64,000 nucleotides of DNA from an uncultured delta proteobacterium (GTDB lineage: Bacteria > Desulfobacterota > Desulfobacteria > Desulfobacterales > Desulfosalsimonadaceae), in NCBI GenBank assembly GCA_963826785.1, contig CAWGYD010000006.1, positions 800,001-864,000 of the forward strand. Reading direction: 5' to 3'. This document shows positions 40,795-52,500 of this stretch, in pieces (position 1 is the stretch's first letter; each line of letters begins with the position of its first letter). The notes under the pieces are model-generated. The model was not told the origin of the DNA and ran no database searches. It was given only the letters and a program-made list of their open reading frames with translations. Made by a program: the position numbers and the translations under genes.

Positions 40795-43329
40795 CTATTT
40801 CCCCGCTCTCAGCACGAACACCCGGTCGTACTGCTTTTCAATATTTTCATCCGAAAATGCCATCTGCCGGGTTTCGGCGTTGCGCCAGGCGGGAATGCCG
40901 TCATCACAATGGGGGCTTGCCGGATTTCCGGACTGCCCCCCGCAGATGGTCAGAAACAGCGGTTCGTCCCGGCTGAAGTCCACCACCATGCGCATGGCGG
41001 GCACCAGCCAGACATCAAAATCCTGTCCTTTATAAAACCCGGCGACATTTATGGTGTTGATGCTTCCACCCGCCGGATAGGGCCCCCGGTCCGTGTATTT
41101 TCCGATCATCCAGACGGCCGCACGCTTCATCCATGGCAGTTTTTCGCGCATCTGGCTCAGCCCGGTCCGCCATGTGTAGGTGTGGAGATCGCCCCATTGC
41201 CAACTTTTCCGATCCCGGCCCAGCCGTCCTTCGGCATACCGCATGGAATTGGCCAGGGCCAGCGCCAGGATGTCGGCCTTGGTCTCTTTCCGGGAGGTAT
41301 AAATGTTGTCCCAGAAGGGGCTGTCCGCCCGTCCCAGCAGATGATCCTCATCCGGCGAATAGATGCCGCTGTTTAACACCATGTAGTTCTTCCAGGCCGA
41401 TTTGCCCTCCGGTCCGAGTTCGTCCAGGAACAGGCTGCGGATGAACATGTGCTGAAAGATGCCGAAAAAAGCCGCTCCCGGGGAATCGGCAGCCATGTTG
41501 CCGTCAAATTCAGCCAGCATCTCAAGCGCGGCATTGGCCCTGTCGATCTGATCGGGCTGGGGCAATGCCGCGATGGCTTTTCGGACATCTTCGGCCACAG
41601 GCGATTCAAACAGGAGCTTTTTGACCTTGGCGGCCAGCAGGTCATGCACATCGGCCTGCATGGCAACCGCGTCTTTCCAGGTGTATGCATCATTTTCGGA
41701 CAGCATCTGGCCGATGCGCTCGGCGCGTTCCGGCGCATACCAGGAAGACCCCAGAATCGGTTCGGTACCCGGTTCGATGGTCCGGTTGTTTGCCGTACAC
41801 AAGTAGCCCTGGCCCGGATTTTGCCGGTATGGCTGCTCGCTCTGGGGAAGATACCCTTCCCAATCGTATTCGTCGGTCCATCCCGGTGAGGGAAGATGGC
41901 CGCGCCCTTTCTTGCGGATCGGGTAGCACCCGGTCACCTGCCAGGCGATGTTCTTTTGATCCCCGTAGATAAAATTCAAATCCATGAACCGGACCTTTTC
42001 CAGCGCGGCCCGGGCTGCTTTCATGTCTTTGGCGGAAAAGAGTTCGTACATCCCGTTAAAGGAATCATCGGTTTGAAGCGATACGGTTTTAACGGCGATC
42101 CCATAGGGGGTGGGATCGATCCGGGGCGGGAGCGCCGGGTGGATCGGGTCGGCGGAAAGGGCTGAATTGAGCAGCGGCCCGTGGCCGGTGGCGTAAATTG
42201 TTCGGGTGGTCTCCTTTCCCCCTTTGGCCCGGAAGGTTTCACTGCGGGCCGAGGCCGGCAGCCATTTGTCCTGGTAAAGATAGTAGAGCCTGCCGTCGAT
42301 GGTTTTGAGTTTTTCCACGAAGAGGTCCTGGCTGTCGCCCATGACCATGGTCATCCCCCAGGCGACGTTTCCGTTGTAGCCGGCCACGATCCCGGGAATA
42401 CCCGGCATGGCGATGCCGGCGGCATGAAAGTCCGGGGTCTTTAACTGCATCATCATCCAGACCGGCGGTTGCTGCAGGGGAAGATGGGTGTCGTTGGCCA
42501 CGATGCTCGCCTTGTTTACGGTCCGCTCCGGTGCCACCGCCCAGTTGTTGGAGGCGGCAACCCCCAGCGGCATCAGGCAGGCCGCCATTTTTTCACCCAC
42601 CCGGGCAAGCGCACCGGCCTGGCCGGCCACGCCTTTCAGATCGAGCGCAGAGAGGGCCCCGGCCTTTTCAAAAGGGAGCTCCTCATCCGGATAGATGGGG
42701 AAAAGCCAGGCCGCTTTTTCGGCACCCAGGGTCTGGGCCAGATTCAAAAAAGCGATCTCTTCTCTCAGGTTGAACGACAGCCCCAGGTTAAGCACATTAA
42801 ATACGTGCAGGGAATTGATGGGCTGCCACGGTTCGGGGGTGTAGCCGGACAGCTTGAAATCAAGGGGCAGATGGTCCTTGTGAGCATCGATGTAGGCGTT
42901 GACCCCGTCCGAGAAGGCCGACAGCATCTTTTTGAGCGGATCGGAGAGCTGGTCATACTGTCTCTGTGCGATCCCGGGAAGATTGATCGTCCGGATATAA
43001 ATATCGAGATCGAGCGCCATGGGTCCGGCCATCTCGGCCAGCCGCCCCTGGCCGAACAGGGCGTAGTTGACCATCTGGGCCAGCCGGTCTGCGGCCATGA
43101 CATACCCGGCGGCATAGACCAGGTCGTGCATGTTCTGCGCGTCGATCACGGGAATGCCCAGTTCGTCCCGGCGCACGCGCACATCCTGCTCCAGTCCGCT
43201 GATGGTGGTCTCGCCCGTATCCGGCGCCACGGTGTCTCCCGGGCCGCAGCCGGGCATCAGCGCCAGAAAACATGAGATGAACAAGACGATTAGGCCGAAA
43301 CGCTTTTCCGAAAAAGAACACTTGCGCAT
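40795..43329 (-). CDS. Penicillin acylase family Ntn hydrolase, QuiP-like acyl-homoserine lactone acylase, predicted lipoprotein
   Basis: Signal peptide ending LMPG-C, RRDELGIP, DRLAQM, AA-SNNW beta-subunit Ser, ANDTHL, TANN, GQSGNPASPH. Confidence 0.85.
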   Translation of the reverse strand: MRKCSFSEKRFGLIVLFISCFLALMPGCGPGDTVAPDTGETTISGLEQDVRVRRDELGIPVIDAQNMHDLVYAAGYVMAADRLAQMVNYALFGQGRLAEMAGPMALDLDIYIRTINLPGIAQRQYDQLSDPLKKMLSAFSDGVNAYIDAHKDHLPLDFKLSGYTPEPWQPINSLHVFNVLNLGLSFNLREEIAFLNLAQTLGAEKAAWLFPIYPDEELPFEKAGALSALDLKGVAGQAGALARVGEKMAACLMPLGVAASNNWAVAPERTVNKASIVANDTHLPLQQPPVWMMMQLKTPDFHAAGIAMPGIPGIVAGYNGNVAWGMTMVMGDSQDLFVEKLKTIDGRLYYLYQDKWLPASARSETFRAKGGKETTRTIYATGHGPLLNSALSADPIHPALPPRIDPTPYGIAVKTVSLQTDDSFNGMYELFSAKDMKAARAALEKVRFMDLNFIYGDQKNIAWQVTGCYPIRKKGRGHLPSPGWTDEYDWEGYLPQSEQPYRQNPGQGYLCTANNRTIEPGTEPILGSSWYAPERAERIGQMLSENDAYTWKDAVAMQADVHDLLAAKVKKLLFESPVAEDVRKAIAALPQPDQIDRANAALEMLAEFDGNMAADSPGAAFFGIFQHMFIRSLFLDELGPEGKSAWKNYMVLNSGIYSPDEDHLLGRADSPFWDNIYTSRKETKADILALALANSMRYAEGRLGRDRKSWQWGDLHTYTWRTGLSQMREKLPWMKRAAVWMIGKYTDRGPYPAGGSINTINVAGFYKGQDFDVWLVPAMRMVVDFSRDEPLFLTICGGQSGNPASPHCDDGIPAWRNAETRQMAFSDENIEKQYDRVFVLRAGK

Positions 43330-43476
43330 AAATCCCCCCCGTGATGAATTTTTTCGGTGATGATAAGGAACTTTAACTTTATGTTTCAAATAGATCGATG
43401 ACAAGAAAAATTCGGAAATGACCACGGGCACGATCGGATGGACGAAAGATCCGGTAAAAGTTTGGACCCGGAAATC

Positions 43477-43507
43477 AAAAGCCCCGCAAGGGCGTTGCGG
43501 GGCTTTT
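43477..43507. terminator. Bidirectional intrinsic terminator after the efflux operon
   Basis: aaaagccccgcaa-gggcg-ttgcggggctttt. Confidence 0.85.
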
Positions 43508-43548
43508 AAGCATGACGATACAGCGTTGATGGATTTTGTGCCGCAGCG

Positions 43549-44981
43549 TCAATCGGCTGCCTGCGGCACGGCCGGACCGCCGCCGCCGCCCAGAACCGCA
43601 TAGAGCCGGACCTGGTTGGCGTATTGGGTGAGCCAGGTGAAGATAAGCCCCTGCTGTGCGGCATAGAGGGACCGCTGGGCGTCTAAGACCGTCAAAAAGG
43701 TGTCGATCCCCTTGGTGTATCGCGCATTGGAAAGCCGGTAGGCCGCCGCGGTGGCTTCCACCAGCGACTGCTGGGCCTCCATTTGATCCGAAATGGTCCC
43801 CCGTGTGGCCAGTGCATCGGCAACCTCCCTGAAGGCCGACTGGATCGCCCCTTCATACTGGGCCACCGCAATCTCGCGTTCCACCTTGGTCGCTTTCAGC
43901 GCCGGCCGGATGCGGGCGTCGAAGATCGGCATCACGATCTGGGCGCCGTAATTCCACAGGCCGGTGCCGGAATCGAACAGCCCGGAAAGATCATTGCTGG
44001 CGGTGCCGATGGAGGTGGTGAGCGAAATGCGGGGAAAAAAGCGGCCCGGGCCGCGCCGATGCTGGCATTGGCGGCCTTGAGCCGGTTTTCCGCGCCGAGA
44101 ATATCCGGGCGCAGCAGGAGAACTTCTGAAGATGTGCCGGGCGATACCTCGGCAAAGGGTTCGATGCCGCTCAACCCCTCGGGCAGCAGAACGGCCGGCA
44201 CGGTCAAACCCGCCAGCAGATCCAGTGCGTTTTTCGCCTGAGCCGCCAGCTCCGTGTACCGGGCCACATCCACGCGTGCCGCATCCACTCTCGTCTGGGC
44301 CTGCCACAGGTCCAGCTCGGGGGCGATGCCGATGTCAAAACGCCGTTTGACCAAATTATAGGTGGACTGCTGCGCCTCGAAGGTGGAGCGGGCCAGTTGC
44401 AGGGTTTCCAGGTCCGCGGCAAGGGTCAGGTAGGTATTGGCCACTTCGGATACCAGCAGAATCTGCGCGCTGCGGCGGGCCTGTTCCGTGGCGAGGTACT
44501 CTTCCAGGGCCCGCTTTTCCAGGCTGCGGATACGGCCGAAAAAATCGATTTCCCAGGCGCTGATGCTCAGATCCGCGCTGAACTGCTTCCGGGTCGTCGA
44601 TGCCCCGGATCGGGAGAGATCGGGCGAAACGCGCTGGCGGCTGCCGCCGGCCCCCGCATCGATGGTCGGCAGAAGCTCTGCCCTCTGGATACGGTACAGC
44701 GCCCGCACCCGCGCCACATTCAGGGCCGCCACCCGCAGATCACGATTGTTGGCCAGGGCCGTGTCGATGATGGTCTGCAGCCGTTTATCCGTCACAAACT
44801 GCCGCCACTGCAGGTCGGCGGCAATGGGGGCCGCCTGCGGCGCACCGGTCTCCGGGTACGCCGGTCCGTTGGGCCAGTTTTGGGGAACCGGCGCTTCGGG
44901 CCGGGTGTATGTGGGGATCATGGTGCAGCCGGCGAGAAAAACGGTCGTTGCTGCCAGAAGTGAAATTATGCTTCGTATCAT
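43549..44981 (-). CDS. RND outer-membrane lipoprotein (OprM/NodT family; one indel near 44035)
   Basis: LAGC lipobox, ALANNRDLRVA, WEIDFFGRIRS, RPDI..AE..L.AANASIGAARAAFFP, AFREVADAL. Confidence 0.92.
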
Positions 44982-44982
44982 G

Positions 44983-47900
44983 TTATCGTTCCTCCCCGGA
45001 ATCTGCGGCTGCCTGATCTTCCTGCTTCCTGCTGAATAACTGAACCACCATGACGAAGAAGAGGGGGATGAAGAAGATGGCCAGGAAGGTGGCCGTCACC
45101 ATTCCGCCCAGAACGCCGGTGCCGATGGCCATCTGCGCCCCTGCGCCCGCGCCCGAGGCCATGGCCAGGGGAAGAACACCGAATCCGAAGGCGAGAGAGG
45201 TCATCACGATGGGCCGAAGCCGCAGTTTCGCACCTTCCAGCGTGGCCTCGATCAGCCCCATGCCTTCTTCCATCTTGGTCTTGGCGAACTGAACGATCAA
45301 AATGGCGTTTTTGGTGGTCAGCCCCAGCACGGTGAGCAGTCCGATCTGGAAATACACGTCGTTGGGAAAACTCCGGAACGACGTGGCCGCCACGCCGCCG
45401 ATCACGCCCAGCGGCAGGGCCAGCAGGATGGTGATGGGAATGGTCCAGCTTTCGTACAGGGCGGCCAGGCACAGGAAAATCACGATCATGGAAAAAGCGT
45501 AGAGCACCGGTGCCTGGGACTTGGCCATCCGTTCCTGGTAGGAGATGCCGGTCCAGTCGAAACCGATCCCCTTGGGCAGCTTCGAGGCGATTTCTTCCAT
45601 GGCCGCCATGGCCTCCCCGGAACTTTTTCCCTGGGGCGGCTCCCCCCAGATGTTGACGGAGGAAAAGCTGTTGAACCGCTCGAGCTTGGGGGCGCCCTGG
45701 AACCAGTGGCCGGTGGCGAAGGCGGAAAAGGGGGTCATGGTCCCGGAGGCATTCCGGACATAGAGCTTTTCGATGTCTTTCGGCAGCATGCGGTAGGGGG
45801 CGTCGGCCTGGACAAACACCCGCTTGACCCGTCCGCCCTGGATAAAATCGTTCACATAGGCCCCGCCGAAGGATGCCGCGATCGTGTTGTGGATGGAATT
45901 GATGGGAACCCCCAGGGCACCGGCCTTTTCCCAGTCCACGTCGATCCGGTACTGGGGCACGTCCTCCAGTCCGTTGGGGCGGACCCGGGTCAGCCTCGGG
46001 TCCTGGGCGGCCATGCCCAGCAGCTGGTTGCGGGCCGCCATGAGGGCCTGGTGGCCCAGTCCCCCCCGGTCCTGCAGCTGGAAATCGAACCCGCCCGCCT
46101 GTCCGAGCTCGACCACGGCCGGGGGCGGAAACGCGAACACGCGGGCGTTTCTGATTTTGGAGAATCTGGCCATGGCCCGTCCCACCAGTGCGTTGACTTT
46201 TAAATCATCCCGGTTGCGCAGGCCCCAGTCCTTGAGATTGACAAATGCCATGCCCACGTTCTGGCCGCTTCCGGAAAAGCTTCGGCCGGCCAGGGTGAAG
46301 CAGGAGTTCACCGCCTCTTTTTCATCATTTACAAAATGGTCCCGGACCTGGGCCATGACCGCATCGGTCTGCTCCAGGGTGGAGCCGGCCGGCAGCATGG
46401 CCTGGACGAACATGATCCCCTGGTCCTCGTTGGGGAGATAGGCGGTGGGCATCCGCTGGTACAGAAACCCCAGGGCCCCCACCACCAGAAGATAGACGAA
46501 CAGGTAGCGCAGTTTGCGGTTGAGGATATGGCCCACCAGGGCCTGGTACCTGTTTCTGATTTTCAAGAATGTCCGGTCGAACCACAGAAAGAAGGGCCGG
46601 AACAGAAAAAATCCGGTTTCCGCGCACTCGTGCCCCTTGGTCACCGGCTTGAGCAGCGATGCGCACAGCACCGGCGTCAGGATCAGGGCCACCGCCACCG
46701 ACAGCAGCATGGCGGCAATGACGGTGACGGAAAACTGGCGGTAGATGACGCCGGTGGAGCCGCCGAAAAAGGCCATGGGGCCGAACACCGCCGAGAGCAC
46801 CAGCCCGATGCCGACCAGTGCGCTGGTGATCTCCCGCATGGACTTGCGGGTGGCCTCCTTGGGGCCAAGCCCCTCCTCGCTCATGACCCGCTCCACGTTT
46901 TCCACCACCACAATGGCATCGTCCACCAGCAGGCCGATGGCCAGCACCATGGCGAACATGGTCAGCATGTTGATGTTGAATCCCAGGAATCCAAGGACGG
47001 CAAACGTCCCCAGGATGACCACCGGCACCGCCAGGGTGGGAATCAGGGTGGCCCGGATATTCCCTAAAAAGAGGTACATAACCAGAAAGACCAGCAGAAT
47101 CGCCTCGAACAGGGTTTTGACCACTTCATCGATGGCGACCCGCACGAAGGGGGTCGTATCATAGGGATAGATCACCTTCATGCCCGGGGGGAAGTACCGG
47201 GAAAGTTCGGCCATCTTGGCTTTTACGGCATCTGCCGTATCGAGCGCGTTGGCGCCGGGGGCCTGCCGGACGGCCAGGCCGGCCGCGGGCTGGCCGTTGT
47301 ACAGGGTATGGCTCCCGTATCGCTCGGCGCCCAGCTCCGTCCGTCCCACGTCGCTTACCCGCACGACCGAGCCGTCGGGGTTGGTGCGAAGCGGTATGGC
47401 GGCAAATTCTTCCGGGGTCCGGAGCAGGTTCTGCACGATAATGGAAGCGTTGAGCCGCTGGCCGTCCACGGCCGGGGCCCCGCCGAACTGGCCGGCGGAA
47501 ATTTCCACGTTGTAGGCCTGAAGCCCCCGGATGACATCTTCCACGGTCATCTGGTAGTCGGTCAGCTTGTCGGGATTGAGCCAGATGCGCATGGCATACT
47601 GGGAGCCGAACACCTCCACTTCACCCACGCCCGGCACCCGCGCCAGCACCTGCTGAACGCTGGACTGGGCATAATCCGACAGATCATAATCGTCCATGCT
47701 GCCGTCCTGGGAGGTCAGTCCCACGATGATCAGCCAGTTCCGGGTGGACTTGCTCACCTTGACGCCCTGGCGCTGCACCACATCGGGCAGGCTCGCCATG
47801 GCCAGCTGCAGCTTGTTCTGCACCTGGGCCCAGGCGAGGTCCGGATCGGTGCCCGGGGCAAAGGTCAGCTCGATTCTGCCGGCGCCGGAGGCATCACTGG

Positions 47901-48144
47901 TGGCGGACATGTACAGCAGTTTATCAAATCCGGTCATCTTCTGTTCGATGATCTGAACCACGCTGTCTTCCACGGTCTGGGCGGAGGCCCCGGGATAAAA
48001 GGCGTCGATGGCGATGGAAGGGGGGGCGATGGGCGGATATTGGGAAATGGGCAGATGATAGATTGCCAGCGCCCCCGCGAGCATGATGATGATGGCGATC
48101 ACCCAGGCAAAGACCGGGCGGTCCAGAAAAAAATTCGACAGCAT
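44983..48144 (-). CDS. RND efflux permease (AcrB/MexB, HAE1)
   Basis: [56 protein letters not shown]. Confidence 0.98.
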   Translation of the reverse strand: MLSNFFLDRPVFAWVIAIIIMLAGALAIYHLPISQYPPIAPPSIAIDAFYPGASAQTVEDSVVQIIEQKMTGFDKLLYMSATSDASGAGRIELTFAPGTDPDLAWAQVQNKLQLAMASLPDVVQRQGVKVSKSTRNWLIIVGLTSQDGSMDDYDLSDYAQSSVQQVLARVPGVGEVEVFGSQYAMRIWLNPDKLTDYQMTVEDVIRGLQAYNVEISAGQFGGAPAVDGQRLNASIIVQNLLRTPEEFAAIPLRTNPDGSVVRVSDVGRTELGAERYGSHTLYNGQPAAGLAVRQAPGANALDTADAVKAKMAELSRYFPPGMKVIYPYDTTPFVRVAIDEVVKTLFEAILLVFLVMYLFLGNIRATLIPTLAVPVVILGTFAVLGFLGFNINMLTMFAMVLAIGLLVDDAIVVVENVERVMSEEGLGPKEATRKSMREITSALVGIGLVLSAVFGPMAFFGGSTGVIYRQFSVTVIAAMLLSVAVALILTPVLCASLLKPVTKGHECAETGFFLFRPFFLWFDRTFLKIRNRYQALVGHILNRKLRYLFVYLLVVGALGFLYQRMPTAYLPNEDQGIMFVQAMLPAGSTLEQTDAVMAQVRDHFVNDEKEAVNSCFTLAGRSFSGSGQNVGMAFVNLKDWGLRNRDDLKVNALVGRAMARFSKIRNARVFAFPPPAVVELGQAGGFDFQLQDRGGLGHQALMAARNQLLGMAAQDPRLTRVRPNGLEDVPQYRIDVDWEKAGALGVPINSIHNTIAASFGGAYVNDFIQGGRVKRVFVQADAPYRMLPKDIEKLYVRNASGTMTPFSAFATGHWFQGAPKLERFNSFSSVNIWGEPPQGKSSGEAMAAMEEIASKLPKGIGFDWTGISYQERMAKSQAPVLYAFSMIVIFLCLAALYESWTIPITILLALPLGVIGGVAATSFRSFPNDVYFQIGLLTVLGLTTKNAILIVQFAKTKMEEGMGLIEATLEGAKLRLRPIVMTSLAFGFGVLPLAMASGAGAGAQMAIGTGVLGGMVTATFLAIFFIPLFFVMVVQLFSRKQEDQAAADSGEER

Positions 48145-48158
48145 TGAGCGCTCCTCTC

Positions 48159-49373
48159 TTACTTCGATTCAGCAGGCGCGCCCGATTCGGGAGCTTCTGC
48201 GCCGGCTTCAGTGCGGTTCAGGGGAACGGCTTTCACGGTTGCACCGGGCCGGATGCTCAACATGCCCTCGACGATCACCCGGTCACCGCCCGAAAGTCCG
48301 GCGGAGACGAGCCACTGGTCGCCGATGGCGCGATTGAGGGTGAGCATCCGCTGCTGGACCTTGCCGGATTCATCCACCACCAGCGAGACGGGATCCCCCT
48401 TGGGCGTACGGCTCACCCCCTGCTGGGGCACCAGGATGGCCTGTTCGGCAATCCCCTCCTGAATCACCGCGCGCACGAACATGCCCGGCAGGAGCAGATT
48501 ATGCGGGTTGGGGACCACGATGCGCAGGGTGAAGGAGCCGGTTGCCGGGTCCACGGTGACATCGCGGAATTGCAGGGCGCCTTCGATGGGGTAGGGCGTT
48601 CCGTCTTCCAGGAGGATGCGGACCTTTTTACCGTTATTGTCATCGGCGGTGAGTTCTCCGGTGGCCAGATTCCGCCTCAGCCGCAGCAGTTCGGCGGATG
48701 ATTGGGTGACATCCACGTAAATGGGGTCCATCTGCTGAATGGTGGCCAGGGGGGTCGGCTGGTAAGCAGTCACCAGCGCGCCGCCGGTGATGCCGGATCG
48801 GCCGATGCGTCCGGAGATGGGCGCGGTGACACGGGTATAATCCAGGTTGATGCGGGCGGCTTCAACCGCTGTCTTCCAGTATTCGATTTCGGCCCGGGCC
48901 TGTTGCACGGCGGCGGCCGCATCATCGTATTCCTGCTGGCTGACGGCATTGTCCGCAATCAGCTCCTTGTACCGTTCGGCCCTCGAGCGGGTCGAGGGGA
49001 GATTGGCCTGCGCCTTGCCCAAAGAGGCTTTCGCAGAATCATAGGCCACCTGGAAAGGGGCGGGATCGATCTGGTACAGGAGATCGCCGGCCTTGACATC
49101 GGAGCCCTCCTGAAACAGGCGCTTCTGTATGATGCCGTTCACCTGCGGCCGGATTTCGGAAACCAGGCAGGCGGCGGTCCGGCCCGGCAGTTCGGTGGTC
49201 AGTTCCACCGCCTGCGGTTCAATGGTCACAAAGGCCACTTCCGGAACCGGAGGGGGCCCGGCCTGCTGCCCGTGACTGCTGTTTTCACACCCCGCCAGCA
49301 AAAGGGCGCCCGCCGCGGCCGCCAGAATCATCCGCCATGAGAGCGGCAGAAAACATTTCTTGTTTGGTTGCAT
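48159..49373 (-). CDS. RND periplasmic adaptor (AcrA/MexA family lipoprotein)
   Basis: LLAGC lipobox, [37 protein letters not shown]. Confidence 0.96.
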   Translation of the reverse strand: MQPNKKCFLPLSWRMILAAAAGALLLAGCENSSHGQQAGPPPVPEVAFVTIEPQAVELTTELPGRTAACLVSEIRPQVNGIIQKRLFQEGSDVKAGDLLYQIDPAPFQVAYDSAKASLGKAQANLPSTRSRAERYKELIADNAVSQQEYDDAAAAVQQARAEIEYWKTAVEAARINLDYTRVTAPISGRIGRSGITGGALVTAYQPTPLATIQQMDPIYVDVTQSSAELLRLRRNLATGELTADDNNGKKVRILLEDGTPYPIEGALQFRDVTVDPATGSFTLRIVVPNPHNLLLPGMFVRAVIQEGIAEQAILVPQQGVSRTPKGDPVSLVVDESGKVQQRMLTLNRAIGDQWLVSAGLSGGDRVIVEGMLSIRPGATVKAVPLNRTEAGAEAPESGAPAESK

Positions 49374-49423
49374 CAAAGACCTCCGGAATATTGAAGATGA
49401 GCGGATTGCGTACGCATACGGAT

Positions 49424-50047
49424 TCATGAATTGAGTAGACCTTTTAAAAAAATATCTAAGACGTCATCCGGATTTTCCGGATAGGGATGGCGCTCGGGCG
49501 CATCGAGCCAGAGAAGAAGAAACGCATCGAGGGCGCTGTCGAGGGCCACGGCCAAATGAAAAGGATCGGCGATGGGCTTGAACCGTCCGTTTTTGATTCC
49601 ATTTTCGAAAATCGAGGCAAGCCCCTCCAAAAAGACGTAAGATCGTTTTCGGATCTCATCATCGAGGCCGGCCTTGATGTTGAAACTCGCGCCCCGGCGC
49701 TCGGCCAGAAACAGGCGCACAAAAGCAAGGTTTGTGCGAAACTGGTCGCCTTTTGCCCGGATGTAATTGCGCAGCCGTTCAATCTCGTCATCCGATTCTT
49801 CGATGGATTTTGTGACTGCGCTCTCAAACTCATCGCATTGCTCCAGAACCAGTGCTTTGTACAGATCTTCCTTGTTCTGAAAAAACTTGTACAGCGTGCC
49901 GATGGCAAACTCGGCCTTTTCGGCGATTTCATGCATGGAGACGTTGTGATACCCCTTCTGCGAGAAAAGGTCAAAGGCCGCAGAAAGCATGTCGCAGCGC
50001 TGCCGTATTTTCTCCCGGGCCCGTCTCGAAAGGTTCTGGTTTTTCAT
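49424..50047 (-). CDS. TetR/AcrR family regulator
   Basis: LFSQKGYHNVSMHEIAEKAEFAIGTLYKFFQNKEDL. Confidence 0.95.
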   Translation of the reverse strand: MKNQNLSRRAREKIRQRCDMLSAAFDLFSQKGYHNVSMHEIAEKAEFAIGTLYKFFQNKEDLYKALVLEQCDEFESAVTKSIEESDDEIERLRNYIRAKGDQFRTNLAFVRLFLAERRGASFNIKAGLDDEIRKRSYVFLEGLASIFENGIKNGRFKPIADPFHLAVALDSALDAFLLLWLDAPERHPYPENPDDVLDIFLKGLLNS

Positions 50048-50084
50048 TGCCGGTTCTTCTGGGGGGTGAATTTGATTTCAGAAA

Positions 50085-50127
50085 GTGAATGAGGCGTCAC
50101 AATATTTAATTGCGCGCAGATTGTCAA
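50085..50127 (-). promoter_or_regulatory. sigma70 promoter and probable TetR operator of the efflux operon
   Basis: Minus strand TTGACA-17 nt-TATTGT, overlapped by imperfect palindrome GTGACGCCTCATTCAC. Confidence 0.6.
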
Positions 50128-50202
50128 AGAAAATTATACTGTTTGCGGTTTTTGCGCTTAAAGGCGGGCGTCTGCCGAAAAAAAAGGGGACGGATGTGAT
50201 TA

Positions 50203-51295
50203 GGGGACGGTCATGCATGAATGCACAACTTTCTACTTTTCCAGCTTAAACCCATGCCGAATGACCCATTTTTCTCCCCGGCTCACGGCGCGGCTGACAG
50301 CCGATTGGCTCAAACTCAGTTTGAGCCCCGCTTCCGTTCCGGTCATCCCCAGTTCCCGAACCGCCCAGTAGGCAACCACACTTCTTGCTGCCGAACGTTT
50401 TGGCGAACGGCTTGGCTGGAGAATCATTTCCATCGGCATATCAAATATTTCCGAGACGCGGTGCAAAACCTCTTCAAAACCAAAATTCCCGGCCCGGAGA
50501 CGATATTTCCGCTCCAAGGTTTCTGCGGCGGCTTTCAAAACGGATTGGACGTATTCCGCATCCCCTAAGATCCGTTCATCACCTTTCAAGTGCGTCTGCA
50601 TCCGGCGCCGGGATTTTAGCTCCCGCCATCCGCCCATGCTTCTGACCAGTCCGCCGCCGGTCAATTCCGGACGCTTTCCCTGGGAAATCCCTTTTTCGAC
50701 AAACCGGCGGTATTCCGCTCTGGCAGACGATGTATGCGAACCAAACATCCCCAAAACGGCATCCGTAGCCTGCCATTGATCGGCTGCACGTCCCATGAGG
50801 CGGCTATGGCCGCAATACCGGTAGCCATCCAGAGCATCAAGGTCCGCCATAATCCCTGCCCGCAAAGGGTTTAAATGAATGTATCGCACCAGCTCTTTCA
50901 AATAAGCATCTTCCTGGCACAAAATCGACTTGTACCGGTTTTGAAACAAATGTCCTCGTCGCTTGTGCCGGCGGTTGAATGCGCCTGCATATCCAGTCAG
51001 CAGCCGGCGCATGACCGTGGCAATCGGAACATTGCCTGTTCTCAAAAGCAGATGAAAGTGGTTGGGCATCAGGGCCCATGCATAACACAAAGTCCGGGTG
51101 TCGGCGATGATCGTGCTCAGTCGATCAACAAAATCATTCCGGTCGGTGTTGTTTCTGAAAATATTCCGCCCCTCGATTCCCCTGCCCATGATGTGGTGCA
51201 GGGCGCCGGGCGCATCTATCCTGGATCGTCTCGGCATGACTAACGGATATCATCCTTGAAGCGGCAAATCAACGCATTTGCGCATGACCGTCCCC
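50203..51295 (-). mobile_element. HUH (Y1/RAYT-like) transposase element with 22-bp terminal inverted repeats
   Basis: GGGGACGGTCATGCATGAATGC (50203-50224) versus reverse complement of 51274-51295, GGGGACGGTCATGCGCAAATGC: 19/22 identical. Confidence 0.75.
50233..51237 (-). CDS. REP-associated-type tyrosine transposase (Y1_Tnp) with C-terminal DnaA-C-like HTH
   Basis: MPRRSR..PGALHHIMGRG, MPNHFHLL (HUH), GHLFQNRYKS, RYIHLNPLRAG, C-terminal helix-turn-helix. Confidence 0.9.
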   Translation of the reverse strand: MPRRSRIDAPGALHHIMGRGIEGRNIFRNNTDRNDFVDRLSTIIADTRTLCYAWALMPNHFHLLLRTGNVPIATVMRRLLTGYAGAFNRRHKRRGHLFQNRYKSILCQEDAYLKELVRYIHLNPLRAGIMADLDALDGYRYCGHSRLMGRAADQWQATDAVLGMFGSHTSSARAEYRRFVEKGISQGKRPELTGGGLVRSMGGWRELKSRRRMQTHLKGDERILGDAEYVQSVLKAAAETLERKYRLRAGNFGFEEVLHRVSEIFDMPMEMILQPSRSPKRSAARSVVAYWAVRELGMTGTEAGLKLSLSQSAVSRAVSRGEKWVIRHGFKLEK

Positions 51296-51328
51296 ATAAC
51301 ACATGATTCATAACAATAACGCATTGCT

Positions 51329-52486
51329 TCAGGTTGGCTGGATCGCCTTCTGCAAATCCTGAATTTCGGTAACTGAATGAACTGAAACGTTTTTTTCTGC
51401 CGGATAGGAATGTTCACCCGGGTAAATGATCCAGAGATGATCCAGTTTGAGAGTGGCCAGTGCGGCGTGCATCGATTTTGTCAGCACCGGTGATTCGGAA
51501 AACTTCACCTCTATGCCATAGCGCTTGCCCTGATGCATAAAAAAACAATCAAGCTCAGCACCGCTGTGGGTGCTCCAGAAATAGGCCTGGGAAGGTCTGA
51601 TGATCCGCAGCACCTGTTCAATAACGAAGCCTTCCCAGGAGGGTCCCACCTGCGGATGTCCCAATAAAACATGCATATCTGCAAAATCGAGAAGTCCATG
51701 CAGAATCCCCGAGTCCCTGATATAAATTTTAGGAGATTTAACCTGGCGTTTGGATATATTTTCAAACCAAGGCTGCAGCTGGCGCACCATGAATGTTCCG
51801 GCAAGGATATCCAGGTAGGAGCGAATGGTTTTGTCCGACAATCCCATTGAACGCGCCAGTTTAGAGGCATTCCAGACCTGTCCGTGAGAATGGGCCAGCA
51901 TGGTCCAGAAACGGCGCATGGCCGCCGAAGAAATGGATATTCCCAACTGCGGCATGTCCCGTTCCAGAAAAGTTCTGATAAATCCCTCGCGCCATGCCCT
52001 GCTGTCTTCATCCGAGCCCGCAAGATAAGAACGGGGGAATCCACCGCGGAGCCAGATTTCTCGCCAGTTCGTTTTTCCGATTTCCAGCAGGTCAAATCCG
52101 GACAGTTCAATAAATTCCACCCGGCCCGCCAGCGATTCTGAAACATTTTTAACAATTTCAGGGGATGCGCTCCCCAGCACCAGGAATCTGGCTTTATTTT
52201 CAGGCCGGTCCACCAGCACCCGGAGCACATTGAAAAGCTCCGGAATTGCTTGGATTTCATCAAGGATTACGAGGCCCTTCGCTCCGCCCAATACAAGTTC
52301 CGGATTCTGGAGGCGCTGCTGGTCCGGTCTTGATTCCAGATCATAGTAGATGGCATTTCTTTCCTTGCCGAACATTCTGGCAAGCGTCGTTTTACCGCAT
52401 TGACGAGGGCCGAGGAGTGCCGTGACCGGAGACCGGCGCAGTGCGGTATTGAGTTGCTGAATATAAAAAGGCCTTTCAATGATCAT
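51329..52486 (-). CDS. AAA_14 ATPase with DUF4143 and C-terminal PD-(D/E)XK-like region
   Basis: GPRQCGKTT, LDEIQ, LGSAS, ESLAGR, RGGFP, KRQVKSPKIY..DSG, ELD...IEVK. Confidence 0.9.
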   Translation of the reverse strand: MIIERPFYIQQLNTALRRSPVTALLGPRQCGKTTLARMFGKERNAIYYDLESRPDQQRLQNPELVLGGAKGLVILDEIQAIPELFNVLRVLVDRPENKARFLVLGSASPEIVKNVSESLAGRVEFIELSGFDLLEIGKTNWREIWLRGGFPRSYLAGSDEDSRAWREGFIRTFLERDMPQLGISISSAAMRRFWTMLAHSHGQVWNASKLARSMGLSDKTIRSYLDILAGTFMVRQLQPWFENISKRQVKSPKIYIRDSGILHGLLDFADMHVLLGHPQVGPSWEGFVIEQVLRIIRPSQAYFWSTHSGAELDCFFMHQGKRYGIEVKFSESPVLTKSMHAALATLKLDHLWIIYPGEHSYPAEKNVSVHSVTEIQDLQKAIQPT

Positions 52487-52500
52487 AGCAAAAAAATTAA

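Noticed and set aside
39861..40976. 371-aa plus-strand ORF
   Set aside because: Starts in a REP-like repeat and is antisense to a clear SDR gene.
52169..52178. GCTCCCCAGC match to the tRNA-Asn 3' end as a possible att site
   Set aside because: Only 10 bp, and it lies inside the intact ATPase coding sequence; consistent with chance.
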